A stretch of DNA of 64,000 bases, from positions 13,080-77,079 of the forward strand of contig CAWAKK010000005.1 in assembly GCA_963782605.1 (NCBI GenBank), given 5' to 3'. The stretch's first letter is position 1; each line of letters opens with the position of its first letter. A program made the translations under genes and the position numbers. This DNA is from an uncultured Solirubrobacterales bacterium (GTDB lineage Bacteria; Actinomycetota; Thermoleophilia; Solirubrobacterales; 70-9). The notes under the pieces are model-generated. The model had not been told where the DNA came from and ran no database searches. It saw nothing but the letters and a program-made list of their open reading frames with translations. Below are positions 47,209 through 56,968 of this stretch, in pieces.

Positions 47209-47910
47209 CTAGGGGGCGGGCTCGGGCTCGGGGCAGTCGTCGTCGGTGAGCGCCGCCGGGCTCTGGCTCGACACAGCTTCGGCGCCGCTCGTCGGACCGG
47301 GGTCGCCGCCCGCCCCCGGATCCTCTGGCGGCGCCTCGGCGACCGGCGGTTCAATCGGCTCCTCACAGTCCGGGACCTCCGGCTCAGTGCTCGGTGGCTC
47401 CTCGCCGTCGGGCACTTGCTCCTCGCCGTCGGGCACTTGCTCCTCGCCATCCGGCTGCGTCCCGGTGGACGTTCCGCGGGAGTCCCCAGCGCTGAAGGAC
47501 TCGGATCGCGTCTGCTGGCGGTCCCCTCCCCCATCGGAGCTGCCCTTCGCGATCACCTCAGGCTCGTCCGCGCCAGGCGGGGTCCCGTAGGCCAGCACGG
47601 TCACGGTGTAGGTCCCGTTGCCCACGTACGGAACCGAGAAGGTCCCCGAGCCGCCGCCAACCTCGCCGAGGTCAACGACGGAGCCGTCGATGCTCGTGAC
47701 GCTCGCTGTGTAGCGGGTCGCGCCCGGGACCTCGCTCCAGCTTGCGCTGATCTCACACACCAAGTTGGCCCCGGCGGTACCGCATCCGTCGAGCGATGCG
47801 GCGACCTGGATGCTCGTTGGCTCCGCGGGGTCGTCACCGCCCGTGAGGGCGAGCGCGGGCAGCGGCACCGCGAGGGCGAGCAGGACGTAGAGGATCACCC
47901 TGCGAGGCAT
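47209..47910 (-). CDS. secreted hypothetical protein with acidic tandem-repeat C-terminal half
   Basis: Signal peptide (VILYVLLALAVPLPALA), beta-rich ~110-aa domain, then PDGEEQV repeats and a Pro/Glu-rich tail. Confidence 0.6.
   Translation of the reverse strand: MPRRVILYVLLALAVPLPALALTGGDDPAEPTSIQVAASLDGCGTAGANLVCEISASWSEVPGATRYTASVTSIDGSVVDLGEVGGGSGTFSVPYVGNGTYTVTVLAYGTPPGADEPEVIAKGSSDGGGDRQQTRSESFSAGDSRGTSTGTQPDGEEQVPDGEEQVPDGEEPPSTEPEVPDCEEPIEPPVAEAPPEDPGAGGDPGPTSGAEAVSSQSPAALTDDDCPEPEPAP
47398..47455. repeat. 21-nt tandem repeat, about 2.7 copies (CTCCTCGCCGTCGGGCACTTG)
   Basis: Read directly. In frame on the minus strand it encodes PDGEEQV-PDGEEQV-PDGEE. Confidence 0.85.
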
Positions 47911-47913
47911 CGC

Positions 47914-48891
47914 TCAGCCGTCTCCTTCCGGGAGGGCACCCGTGGGCAGGAAGGAGCCATGAAGCAGTTGAATCGCCTCGAGGGTCTCGGGCGCCGCATC
48001 CGGCTGGGCGGTGGTTGACAGGTAGTACCGGTAGGGCCCAGACGAGCGCAGGGTCACCTCATAGGCCGGCGAGCCCTCCGGTGCATCGGCCGCCAGCTTG
48101 ACGATGGTGGCGTCGGCGGTTGGTGCCGCGATGCGCTCGACGACGCTCGCCGAGCCCGCGAGTGACTCGAGCTCCTCAAGCGACTCAGCCTCGAACTCCG
48201 AGAAGGCGAGCTTCGGGTTCTCCTCCACCCAGAGCGTGGCATCGGCGTCGCCCTCCGACGACGCTGCGGCGAACGTGGCGCCGCTGGGCGGCTCGGTCTC
48301 CTGCCATCCGGCGGGCAGGGCCAGCGAGAAGCTGGACTCGGTGATGAGCTCGGACGAGCCGGCGCCCTGGGGCTGCCCCGAGGCTCTCTCATCGCCAGGT
48401 GCGGCGGGCGTCGTCGGCTCCTCGGCGGCCGGGCCCGTCGCCTCGAAAGCCACGTCGGGCTCGTCATCACCTTGGATCAGGAGCAGGATCGCAACCACCG
48501 CGATCGCTGCGATCGGGACGCTCAGATATCGCCACGCGCGGCTGCGTGGATCGCGCAACCAACCCGCCCGGTCACCGGGCGAGGTGGGGGCGCTCGCCGG
48601 CGGGGGCGGCGGAGCCGCGGCCTGCGCCGGTACCTCTGCCTCGGCCACGGCGGGCACCACGAACGGTTGCGCACAGCCCTGGCAGACCACGCGGCGAACC
48701 ACCTCGGTGGGCAGGTCGGCCGGCAGGCGTACACGCGTCTCGCGCCCACAGGCGCGATGGGAGGTTCGGACGACGCGCACCGGGCCCCCAACGGGAGGCT
48801 CCGGGAAGCCGCCGTTGGCCGGCGCGGAGCCATCCGCGACGGGAGCGGGGTGGTTTTCGGCAGCATCCTTCTTGGAGATCACTCTCTCCAC
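47914..48891 (-). CDS. zinc-ribbon-like N-terminal domain / single-TM / extracytoplasmic domain protein, function unknown
   Basis: HRACGRE ... VVCQGCAQPF pair, TM (YLSVPIAAIAVVAILLLI), ~190-aa outer domain. The stop lies 3 nt before the next gene's start. Confidence 0.55.
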   Translation of the reverse strand: MERVISKKDAAENHPAPVADGSAPANGGFPEPPVGGPVRVVRTSHRACGRETRVRLPADLPTEVVRRVVCQGCAQPFVVPAVAEAEVPAQAAAPPPPPASAPTSPGDRAGWLRDPRSRAWRYLSVPIAAIAVVAILLLIQGDDEPDVAFEATGPAAEEPTTPAAPGDERASGQPQGAGSSELITESSFSLALPAGWQETEPPSGATFAAASSEGDADATLWVEENPKLAFSEFEAESLEELESLAGSASVVERIAAPTADATIVKLAADAPEGSPAYEVTLRSSGPYRYYLSTTAQPDAAPETLEAIQLLHGSFLPTGALPEGDG

Positions 48892-49013
48892 TTAGATCTC
48901 ATCGGAGCGTTTGGCGCGGCCCTTGAGAACCGAACCCTTGTTGAACCGCTTGCGCAAGCCAGTTCGCAGGGTACGTCACACATCGGCCACCTGATGGCTG
49001 CCACAATCGATCA

Positions 49014-50654
49014 ATGGCGCTGGGGGCACTGACATGGCTCTATCGCAAGCTCGGAGCGCACTATCCCGCATTCTTTCTCGCGCTTGAGCTGCAGACAGCC
49101 TTTCTGATCACCGCCGGCACGCTCGTCCTCTTCACCTTCTACTGGGAGATGTCGAGCGAGGAGTTCCTGATCATCTTCGCGATCGCGATGAGCCTCACGG
49201 CGGTCGCGGTGGCGCTCAACCTGGCGCGCACTTATCCGCTGCTGCGCCCGATTCGCGACTGGATCTCCGGGCCGAGGACCGAGGAGCGGACCGCGAGCGC
49301 CTGGGCTGCCGCCGTGAACCTCCCGATGGGCTTCATCAAGCGGGATCTCGTCCTCCCCTTCGTGATCGTCGTCCTGCCCGCAACCGCTGCCGCCGTCGCC
49401 ATCTTGGGTCTTCCGTGGTACACGTTCATTCCGTTCTTCCTGGGCTCGGCGGCCGCGGTCGCCTACGGTGGACTGCTGCATTACCTGGCGCTGGAGGTCG
49501 GGCTGCGGCCCGTGCTGATCGACTTAAACCAGGCGGTGACGCCGGGGCTCCAGCGCGAGGTCTCGGCCTTTCCGCTGCGCGTGCGGCTGATGGGCGCCCT
49601 GCCGCTGATCAACCTGGTCGCGGGTCTGGTGGTCGCCGCGCTCACGTCGGAGGGCGGGGGAGGGGCCAACCTCACGGTCGACGTCCTCATCGCCCTCGCC
49701 GTCGCGACCACGATCTCGCTCGAGCTCTCCCTCCTGCTCTCGAAGTCGATCCTACGGCCGATCGCCGACCTGCGCCGGGCCACGGAGGCCGTCCGGGAGG
49801 GGCGCTTTGACGTCTCAGTCCCGGTGACGACGGGCGACGAGCTGGGGGACCTGGCGGCGTCGTTCAACCAGATGATCGAGGGTCTCGCCGAGCGCGAGCG
49901 CATCCGCGAGGCTTTCGGCACCTACCTCGACGAGGAGGTGGCGGAGTACATCCTCAGCGAGGCCTTCTCCGAGGAGGGGGTGGAGCTCGACGTCTCGGTC
50001 CTATTCTGCGATGTCCAGGACTTCACGAGCCTCGTCTCCGGGATGGGCGCGAAGGAGATCGTCGCTGCGCTCAACGGCCTGTTCGAGGTCGTCGTGCCGA
50101 TCGTCGCCCGTCACGGCGGTCACGTCGACAAGTTCGAGGGCGACGGCCTGCTGGCGGTGTTCGGCGCGCCCGAGAACTACCCCGACCATGCCGATCGCGC
50201 CGTGCGTGCGGCATGCGAGATGGTCACGGCGGTAAACGGCGAGGAGGCGGCCGGAGGGGGAATCCGCATCGGCGTCGGCATCAATACCGGCATGGTCGTG
50301 GCCGGGTCGATCGGCGGGGCCGGGCGTCTCAACTTCTCGGTCATCGGCGACCCCGTGAACGTCGCCTCTCGGGTCGAATCCGCAACGCGCCAATTCGACG
50401 TGGACATCCTCATCACCGGGCACACACGCAAGGCGCTCTCGGATGAGTACGAGGTGGGGGATCTTGGGCGGCACCAGCTCCGCGGTGTAGGCGACCCGAT
50501 CGCCCTTCACTCGCCCAGCCTGGTGCCGCGCAGGCGGGGCGCCGAACCGGCCGCGGCGATGGGCGCGGACGGCGACGGTCGCTCACACTCGCCTCTCCGC
50601 GCCGCGGCCGAAACCGCGCGTCGGGCTGCCCGCCGCGCGACCACGCGCGGCTGA
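49014..50654 (+). CDS. membrane-bound class III adenylate/guanylate cyclase with HAMP domain
   Basis: Six hydrophobic segments and a HAMP-like segment (ILRPIADLRRATEAVREGRFDV ... GDELGDLAASFNQMIEGL). Cyclase motifs VSVLFCDVQDFTSL, KFEGDGLLAVFGAP and GINTGMVVAGSIG. Confidence 0.9.
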   Translation: MALGALTWLYRKLGAHYPAFFLALELQTAFLITAGTLVLFTFYWEMSSEEFLIIFAIAMSLTAVAVALNLARTYPLLRPIRDWISGPRTEERTASAWAAAVNLPMGFIKRDLVLPFVIVVLPATAAAVAILGLPWYTFIPFFLGSAAAVAYGGLLHYLALEVGLRPVLIDLNQAVTPGLQREVSAFPLRVRLMGALPLINLVAGLVVAALTSEGGGGANLTVDVLIALAVATTISLELSLLLSKSILRPIADLRRATEAVREGRFDVSVPVTTGDELGDLAASFNQMIEGLAERERIREAFGTYLDEEVAEYILSEAFSEEGVELDVSVLFCDVQDFTSLVSGMGAKEIVAALNGLFEVVVPIVARHGGHVDKFEGDGLLAVFGAPENYPDHADRAVRAACEMVTAVNGEEAAGGGIRIGVGINTGMVVAGSIGGAGRLNFSVIGDPVNVASRVESATRQFDVDILITGHTRKALSDEYEVGDLGRHQLRGVGDPIALHSPSLVPRRRGAEPAAAMGADGDGRSHSPLRAAAETARRAARRATTRG

Positions 50655-50680
50655 GCGGGCGAGGGGCTAGGCTGCGCGCG

Positions 50681-52342
50681 GTGGCCACGACCGAGGAGCA
50701 GAGCGCGATCAGCGCCGCCAGCAGAGGTCCGCTGCATGGAGGCCGGCTGGCCGCCAAGGCCTTGAAGGCGCGCGGGGTCTCACACCTCTTCACCCTGTCG
50801 GGCGGGCATCTCTTCTCCCTCTATGACGGCTGCCTGCAGGAGGGCATCGAGATCGTTGACGTCCGCCACGAGCAGGCAGCGGCCTTCGCTGCCGAGGGCT
50901 GGGCGAAGGCCACACGCGAGGCCGGTGTCTGCGCGCTCACCGCTGGCCCGGGGGTCACGAACGGGATGAGCGCGATCGCCGCCGCGCAGTCGAACCGCTC
51001 GCCGCTCGTGGTCCTGGGCGGCCGTGCCGCGGAGGGCCGCTGGGGCTCGGGAGCGCTCCAGGAGATCGATCATCTCCCCTTCGTCGCGCCGCTGGTCAAG
51101 GCCGCCGAGACGGTGAAGGCGACTGCCGACATTCCGGCCGCAACCGCTGCGGCCATCGACGCCGCCATGGCGCAGCCGAGCGGTCCGACTTTCCTCGACT
51201 ATCCGCTCGACGTCGTCTTCAGTGAGGCGGAGGCCAACGCTGTGCCGCCCCCGCAACCGCAACCCGACGAGCCCGCTGCCGGGGCAGATCGCGCCGCCGA
51301 GCTCCTCGCGGCCGCGGAGCGCCCCGTGATCATGGCCGGCACCGGGCTTTATTGGGCCCATGGCGAGAATGAGCTCCGGGCCCTCGCGGAGGCGCTCGGA
51401 GCGCCCACCTTCCTGAACGGCATGGGCCGCGGCTGTCTGGACGCTGATCACGAGCTCTGCTTCTCCCGGGCGCGCGGCCACGGGCTCAACGAGGCCGACG
51501 TCGCCCTCGTCGTGGGGGTCCCGCTCGACTTCCGCCTCGGCTTCGGGGGCTCGTTTGGCGAGGAGACGAAGATCGTCTGGCTCGATGCCGGGCCGAACAC
51601 GCTCAGCGCCAACCGCACCCCGGAGATCGAGCTCGTTGGGCCGATCACGCCCACGTTGCGTGCGATCCGCGAATTCACCGCAGCCGACCCCGCTCGCACG
51701 GCTTCGTGGGTTGGAACTCTCCAGGCGACCGAGGCCGAAAAGCGCGAGGCCGAGCGCGGGCAGCTCGACGACGACCGCGCTCCACTTCACCCGATGCGGA
51801 TCTACCGCGAGCTGAACGACATCCTCGACCGCGATGCGATCGTGATCGGGGACGGCGGCGACTTCGTCTCCTATGCGGGCCGTGTGATCGAAACGCACGA
51901 GCCGGGTTGCTGGATGGACCCCGGGCCGTTCGGCTGCCTGGGTGCCGGTCCTGGCGCAGCGATCGGCGCCAAGCTCGCGCGGCCCGAGCGGCAGGTCTGC
52001 CTCCTGCTGGGCGATGGTGCCTTCGGCTTCGCCGGCATGGAGTTCGACACGCTCGCCCGTCACGGGCTGCCTGTGGTCGGCGTGATTGGCAACAACGGGA
52101 TCTGGGCGCTCGAGCATCACCCGATGAAGTTCCTCTACGGCTATTCCGTTGCCGCAGAGCTTCGCCAGGGGACGCGCTACGACCAGATCGCCGAGGCGCT
52201 CGGTTGCCACGCTGAGCTGGTCTCGGAGCCCACCGAGCTGCGCCCGGCCCTGGACCGGGCTTTCGCAGCGGGCAAGCCGGCGCTGGTGAACGTCCTCACC
52301 GATCCCGAGGTCGTCTATCCGCGCAAGGCGGTCCTTGCCTAG
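50681..52342 (+). CDS. thiamine-diphosphate enzyme of the acetolactate synthase / oxalyl-CoA decarboxylase / 2-hydroxyacyl-CoA lyase family
   Basis: N-terminal GVSHLFTLSGGH Pyr domain. TPP motif LLGDGAFGFAGMEFDTLARHGLPVVGVIGNNG. Confidence 0.85.
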   Translation: MATTEEQSAISAASRGPLHGGRLAAKALKARGVSHLFTLSGGHLFSLYDGCLQEGIEIVDVRHEQAAAFAAEGWAKATREAGVCALTAGPGVTNGMSAIAAAQSNRSPLVVLGGRAAEGRWGSGALQEIDHLPFVAPLVKAAETVKATADIPAATAAAIDAAMAQPSGPTFLDYPLDVVFSEAEANAVPPPQPQPDEPAAGADRAAELLAAAERPVIMAGTGLYWAHGENELRALAEALGAPTFLNGMGRGCLDADHELCFSRARGHGLNEADVALVVGVPLDFRLGFGGSFGEETKIVWLDAGPNTLSANRTPEIELVGPITPTLRAIREFTAADPARTASWVGTLQATEAEKREAERGQLDDDRAPLHPMRIYRELNDILDRDAIVIGDGGDFVSYAGRVIETHEPGCWMDPGPFGCLGAGPGAAIGAKLARPERQVCLLLGDGAFGFAGMEFDTLARHGLPVVGVIGNNGIWALEHHPMKFLYGYSVAAELRQGTRYDQIAEALGCHAELVSEPTELRPALDRAFAAGKPALVNVLTDPEVVYPRKAVLA

Positions 52343-53795
52343 CGATCCCCGAGGTCCGGCTGCGGCCGTGCCCTGGTGGCGCGACGCCGTCGTCTATCAG
52401 GTCTACCCCCGGTCCTTTCAGGACACCGACGGCGACGGTTTGGGGGATCTTCGCGGCGTCACCTTGCGACTCGACCACCTCGCATACCTGGGTGTCGACG
52501 CGCTGTGGCTCTCGCCCTTCTACCCATCAGGGGGCGCCGACATGGGCTACGACGTCACCGACCTCACCGGCGTGGACCCAGTCTTCGGAACGTTGTCCGA
52601 CGTCGATGAGCTGATCGCCGCCAGCCACGAGCGGGGGCTTCGGTTGCTGTTAGACCTCGTGCCGAGCCATACGTCGATCGAGCACCCCTGGTTCCGCGAG
52701 CAGCCCGAGCGCTACGTCTGGGCCGACGACGGGCCGCCCAACAACTGGGTTTCCGCCTTCGGCGGCTCCGCCTGGACGCGCGACGAGCGGTCCGGGCGGT
52801 GGTATCTGCACTCCCACTACTCCGAGCAGCCCGACCTGGATTGGTCGCGGACAGACGTTCGAGCGGCCTTCACGGAGGCAATGCGGTTTTGGCTTGATCG
52901 TGGGGTCGATGGCTTTCGTGTCGACGCGCTGCACGTGATCAGCAAGGACCCCGAGCTCCGCGACGACCCTCCGGCCGGCGAGCCCTTCGGCCTTCCATTG
53001 CCCGAGGAGTTCGCCCGACTCCAACACGTGCACTCGATGGACGGCCCCGGCACGGGGGAGGCGCTGGCCGCCCTGCGCCAGGGCGCGGGTGACGCCCTCC
53101 TGGTCGGCGAGGTCTACCTGCCGAGCAGGCGCCTGGGCCGCTACCTCGAGCACCTGGATCTCGTGTTCGCGTTCGAGTTCCTTCACGCCCCGCGCGATGC
53201 GGAGCAGCTGGCCGAGGTGATCCGCTCAGCAGCATCACTCGATGGCACGGCCTGGGTTCTCTCCAACCACGACTTCATGCGGCTCGCGAGTCGGTTTGGC
53301 GCGCCACATGCCCGGTTGGCGGCCATGCTGTTGCTCAGCCTGCCCGGCACCGCCTTCGTCTACCAGGGCGACGAGCTGGGCATGGGCGATGGTCCCGGCG
53401 TGGAGCCTCCGCTCGACCCGTGGGGACGTGACGCCTTCCGGCATCCGATGCAATGGGAAGGCGGCGGGGCGGGGGGATTTACCACGGGCACGCCGTGGCT
53501 CGCCACCGTCGATCCGGCGACGAGGAACGTGGCCGATCAGACCGGCGATCCGAACTCGATGCTCGAGCTCTATCGCACGCTGATCGCCTTTCGCCGCGAG
53601 CTCGAGCCGGAGATCTCGAGCATCGAGGCACATGGGTCTGTCTTGAGGTTTGACCGCGGCAGCCACGCCGTCGCGCTCAACCTCGGCGACAGCGAAGCGC
53701 CGTTCGAGGATCACGGCGAGGTCGTGCTCTCAACGGCTACGCACCGGCCCGGCCGGCTGGGGGCGGGCGAGGGACTCATCGTCCGCGCGCGTTAG
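52335..53795 (+). CDS. GH13 alpha-glucosidase / oligo-1,6-glucosidase-like enzyme
   Basis: WWRDAVVYQVYPRSFQDTDGDGLGDL, DGFRVDALHV, GEVY and SNHD conserved regions. Start uncertain (TTG 52335 or GTG 52368). Confidence 0.88.
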   Translation: MPSDPRGPAAAVPWWRDAVVYQVYPRSFQDTDGDGLGDLRGVTLRLDHLAYLGVDALWLSPFYPSGGADMGYDVTDLTGVDPVFGTLSDVDELIAASHERGLRLLLDLVPSHTSIEHPWFREQPERYVWADDGPPNNWVSAFGGSAWTRDERSGRWYLHSHYSEQPDLDWSRTDVRAAFTEAMRFWLDRGVDGFRVDALHVISKDPELRDDPPAGEPFGLPLPEEFARLQHVHSMDGPGTGEALAALRQGAGDALLVGEVYLPSRRLGRYLEHLDLVFAFEFLHAPRDAEQLAEVIRSAASLDGTAWVLSNHDFMRLASRFGAPHARLAAMLLLSLPGTAFVYQGDELGMGDGPGVEPPLDPWGRDAFRHPMQWEGGGAGGFTTGTPWLATVDPATRNVADQTGDPNSMLELYRTLIAFRRELEPEISSIEAHGSVLRFDRGSHAVALNLGDSEAPFEDHGEVVLSTATHRPGRLGAGEGLIVRAR

Positions 53796-53810
53796 GAAGA
53801 ATCGGCGCCG

Positions 53811-55145
53811 TTGGTTTGCGCCTGCGTGCCATTGGATACATGCGCATTGAGGAGAGGATGGATCGAGGCGCGACCCCTTGCAACGCGACGGTTGAAGGCA
53901 GCGATATGCGCTGTCGTTTTGGGCGTCGTGGGTTTCGCCGGCTGTACAAGCGACCCTGAGGCCGGAGCGGGCACTGAGCTCTCCTTCTTCATCTTCAACG
54001 AGCCCTCGGGTGCCTTCTCGGAGGCCGCCACAAAATGCTCTGAGGATTCCAACGGCGAGTACAGCATCGTCTTCGAATTCCTCCCGGCCCAGGCGGACGC
54101 GCAGCGCGAGCAGCTCGTGCGGAGGCTCGGAGCCGAGGACGACTCGATCGACATCGTCGGCATGGACGTGATCTGGACGGCCGAGTTCGCCAACGCGGGT
54201 TTCGTCGCGCCATGGGAGGGCGCCGACGCTGATGCCGTCACGCAGGACGTATTCGACAGTGTGGTCGAGTCGGCATCGTTCGAGGGGGAGCTCTACGCCG
54301 CGCCGTTCACCTCGAACACCCAGCTCCTCTGGTACCGCAAGGACCGCGTCCCGAACCCGCCGAAGACGTGGGACGAGATGATCGCTCAGGCCGAGGAGAT
54401 CGGCCCCGAGGAGGGGCAGATCCAGGTCCAGGCGAACTTCTACGAGGGCTTCACGGTCTGGGCCACGGCGATGATCTCCTCGGCCGGGACCCAGATCCTC
54501 GACGGGCCCACGGAGGTCGGGCTCGAACAGGCTCCCACCGAGCGCGCCCTCGAGGTGATGGGGAAGTTCGCTCGCTCCGACGTCGCCCCGCCGGACATCG
54601 ACACCTCGACGGAGGACACGGCCCGGCTCTCGTTCGAGGCGGGCGCCTCCTCCTTCATGCTGAATTACCCGTTCGTCTACCCGAGCGCCCAGGAGAACGC
54701 GCCCGACGTCTTCAAGCAGCTCGAGGCGACCATCTACCCGGCCGTCGACGAGGGAACTCCGAGCGCGCCGCCGCTCGGCGGGATCAACCTGGGCGTGAGC
54801 GCCTACTCCGACAATCAGGACCTGGCGTTCGAGGCGATCAAGTGCCTCGTCCAGCCCGAGAACCAGATCACCGCGGCGACCCTTGGCGGGCTTCCCCCCA
54901 CGAACGAGTCCGTGTACGGGACCAAGGAGATCGAGAAGGCGTATCCGGGCTTCGCCGATCTGATCAAGGAGTCGATCGACAACGCTGCGCCGCGCCCGAT
55001 CACTCCTGCGTACACCGACCTCTCGCTGGCGATTCAGCGTTCACTGCACCCGGTTGGCGACATCGACCCAGCCGACGTGGGGTCCACCTACGAAGAGCTC
55101 TTCGACAATGTTGAGCAGGCGGTGAAGAGGGAGGGTCTCCTCTGA
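53811..55145 (+). CDS. sugar ABC transporter substrate-binding lipoprotein (family 1 SBP)
   Basis: Lipobox VVGFAGC. Typical SBP_bac_1 layout. Followed by two permease genes. Start uncertain (TTG 53811, 53847 or 53892). Confidence 0.85.
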   Translation: MVCACVPLDTCALRRGWIEARPLATRRLKAAICAVVLGVVGFAGCTSDPEAGAGTELSFFIFNEPSGAFSEAATKCSEDSNGEYSIVFEFLPAQADAQREQLVRRLGAEDDSIDIVGMDVIWTAEFANAGFVAPWEGADADAVTQDVFDSVVESASFEGELYAAPFTSNTQLLWYRKDRVPNPPKTWDEMIAQAEEIGPEEGQIQVQANFYEGFTVWATAMISSAGTQILDGPTEVGLEQAPTERALEVMGKFARSDVAPPDIDTSTEDTARLSFEAGASSFMLNYPFVYPSAQENAPDVFKQLEATIYPAVDEGTPSAPPLGGINLGVSAYSDNQDLAFEAIKCLVQPENQITAATLGGLPPTNESVYGTKEIEKAYPGFADLIKESIDNAAPRPITPAYTDLSLAIQRSLHPVGDIDPADVGSTYEELFDNVEQAVKREGLL

Positions 55146-56082
55146 TGGAAGCCACGACGGCACCCACCCCAGCCGCGCCCGCTCCTCGGAAGGCGCACCA
55201 CGGACCGCACCAAGGCCGAGCGAAAGCTCGGATGGATGCTCTGCGCCCCAGCCGTGATCGCGATGCTGCTGGTGACGGCGTATCCGATCGGCTACGCGAT
55301 CGTCCTCTCGCTCCAAGACCTGGACCTGCGCTTCCCCGACGAGGGCGGTTTCGTTGGTCTTTCGAACTACGAGGCGGTGCTTGACCTCCGAGCTCTGGTG
55401 GACCGACGTCCTCAACACGCTGTTCGTGACGGTCGTGTCGGTCGCGATCGAGCTCACCCTGGGCATGATCATCGCCCTGGTCATGTACCGGGCGATCTTC
55501 GGGCGTGGGCTTGTGCGCACGGCCGTGCTGATCCCCTACGGCATCGTCACGGTCGTCGCTGCCTTCTCGTGGTTCTTCGCGTTCAGCCCGCTGACGGGCC
55601 TGATCAACGAGCTCCCGTTCGTCGCCGACGACTTCGCGTTCTTCGGTGAGCGGTTCTCGTCGCTCGCTGTGGTGATCATGGCCGAGGTCTGGAAGACGAC
55701 GCCGTTCATGGCGCTGTTGTTGCTTGCTGGGCTGGTGACGATCGACGACGGCCTCTACGAGGCGGCGCGCGTAGACGGGGCATCCGCATGGCAGCGTTTC
55801 TGGAAGATCACGCTTCCTTTGATTAAGCCGGCGATCCTGGTGGCGTTGCTCTTCCGCACGCTCGACGCTTTCCGGATCTTCGACACGATTTTCATCATGA
55901 CCGGAGGCGCCCAGGACACGGAGTCGGTGTCGATCCTCGGCTACAACCAGCTGATCGAGCGCCTCAACTTGGGATTGGGATCAGCCGTCTCGGTGCTGAT
56001 CTTCTTCGCGGTGCTGATCATCGCCTTCGTCTTCGTCAAGGGGTTCGGCGTGAAGATGGCCGAGGGCCGGCCGGGGAGCTGA
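55145..56082 (+). pseudogene. sugar ABC transporter permease (MalF/UgpA-like), two apparent frameshifts
   Basis: TGATG coupling to the SBP stop gives ATG 55145. The frame switches near ~55195 (to TDRTKAERKLGWMLCAPAVIAML) and again near ~55385 (to SELWWTDVLNTLFVT...). EAA-type loop LYEAARVDGASAWQRFWKITLP. Confidence 0.8.
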
Positions 56083-56085
56083 GCG

Positions 56086-56944
56086 ATGGAGCGAGGCACG
56101 CGCGAATACGCCGTCTGGTCGCTTGGGATCATCGTGATCCTCCTCTTCGCGCTGGTTCCGGTGCTCTGGATCGTCTCGCTTTCGTTTAAGGACCCCGCTG
56201 CGATCACGGCCGGCGACACACTTCTTCAGCCGCTTCATTCCGCAGGACTGGACGTTCGACAACTACACCTCGCTGTTCGAGGGCGGCCTGTCGGAGAGCC
56301 CGTTCATCGCGCCCCTGATCAACTCCATCGGCATCGCGATCATCGCCACGCTGATCGCGATCGTGCTCGCCGCCTTTTGCGCCTACGCGATCGCCCGGCT
56401 CAACTTTCCCGGGAAGACGGCGATCCTGGCCGGGGCTCTCGCGATCGCGATGTTTCCAGCCATCTCGACGGTGGGGCCGCTGTTCGATATGTGGCGCACA
56501 CTCGGCCTCTACGACACCTGGATCGGACTGATCATCCCCTACCTGACCTTCTCGCTTCCGCTCGCGATCTACACCCTGGTGGCGTTCTTCCGCGAGATCC
56601 CCTGGGATCTGGAGCAGGCCGCGCAGGTCGATGGGGCGACGCCGTATCAGGCGTTCACGAAGGTGATCATCCCGCTGGCCGCACCGGGCGTCTTCACGGC
56701 GGCGATCCTCGTCTTCATCTTCTGCTGGAACGACTTCCTTTTCGCGATCTCGCTCACCTCGTCGGACGCGTCGCGCACCGTGCCGGCCGCGCTGGCGTTC
56801 TTCACTGGCGAGTCGCAGTTCACGGCGCCCACCGGCAACATCGCCGCCGCGGCCTCGATCGTGACAATCCCGATCATCATCTTCGTCCTCATCTTCCAGC
56901 GCCGGATCGTCTCCGGTCTGACTGCGGGCGCCGTGAAGGGCTAA
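56086..56944 (+). pseudogene. sugar ABC transporter permease (MalG/UgpE-like), one apparent frameshift
   Basis: N-terminus ([29 protein letters not shown]) is in the frame of ORF 56086. From ~56215 the sense continues in the frame of ORF 56363 ([15 protein letters not shown] ... [22 protein letters not shown]). Confidence 0.8.
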
Positions 56945-56968
56945 CCCAGAAACGAAGGAGCGCAACCC

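Noticed and set aside
47398-47455. Possible CRISPR-like repeat
   Set aside because: The copies are directly adjacent with no spacers and there are only ~2.7 of them. The repeat is in frame within a coding region, so it is a coding tandem repeat.
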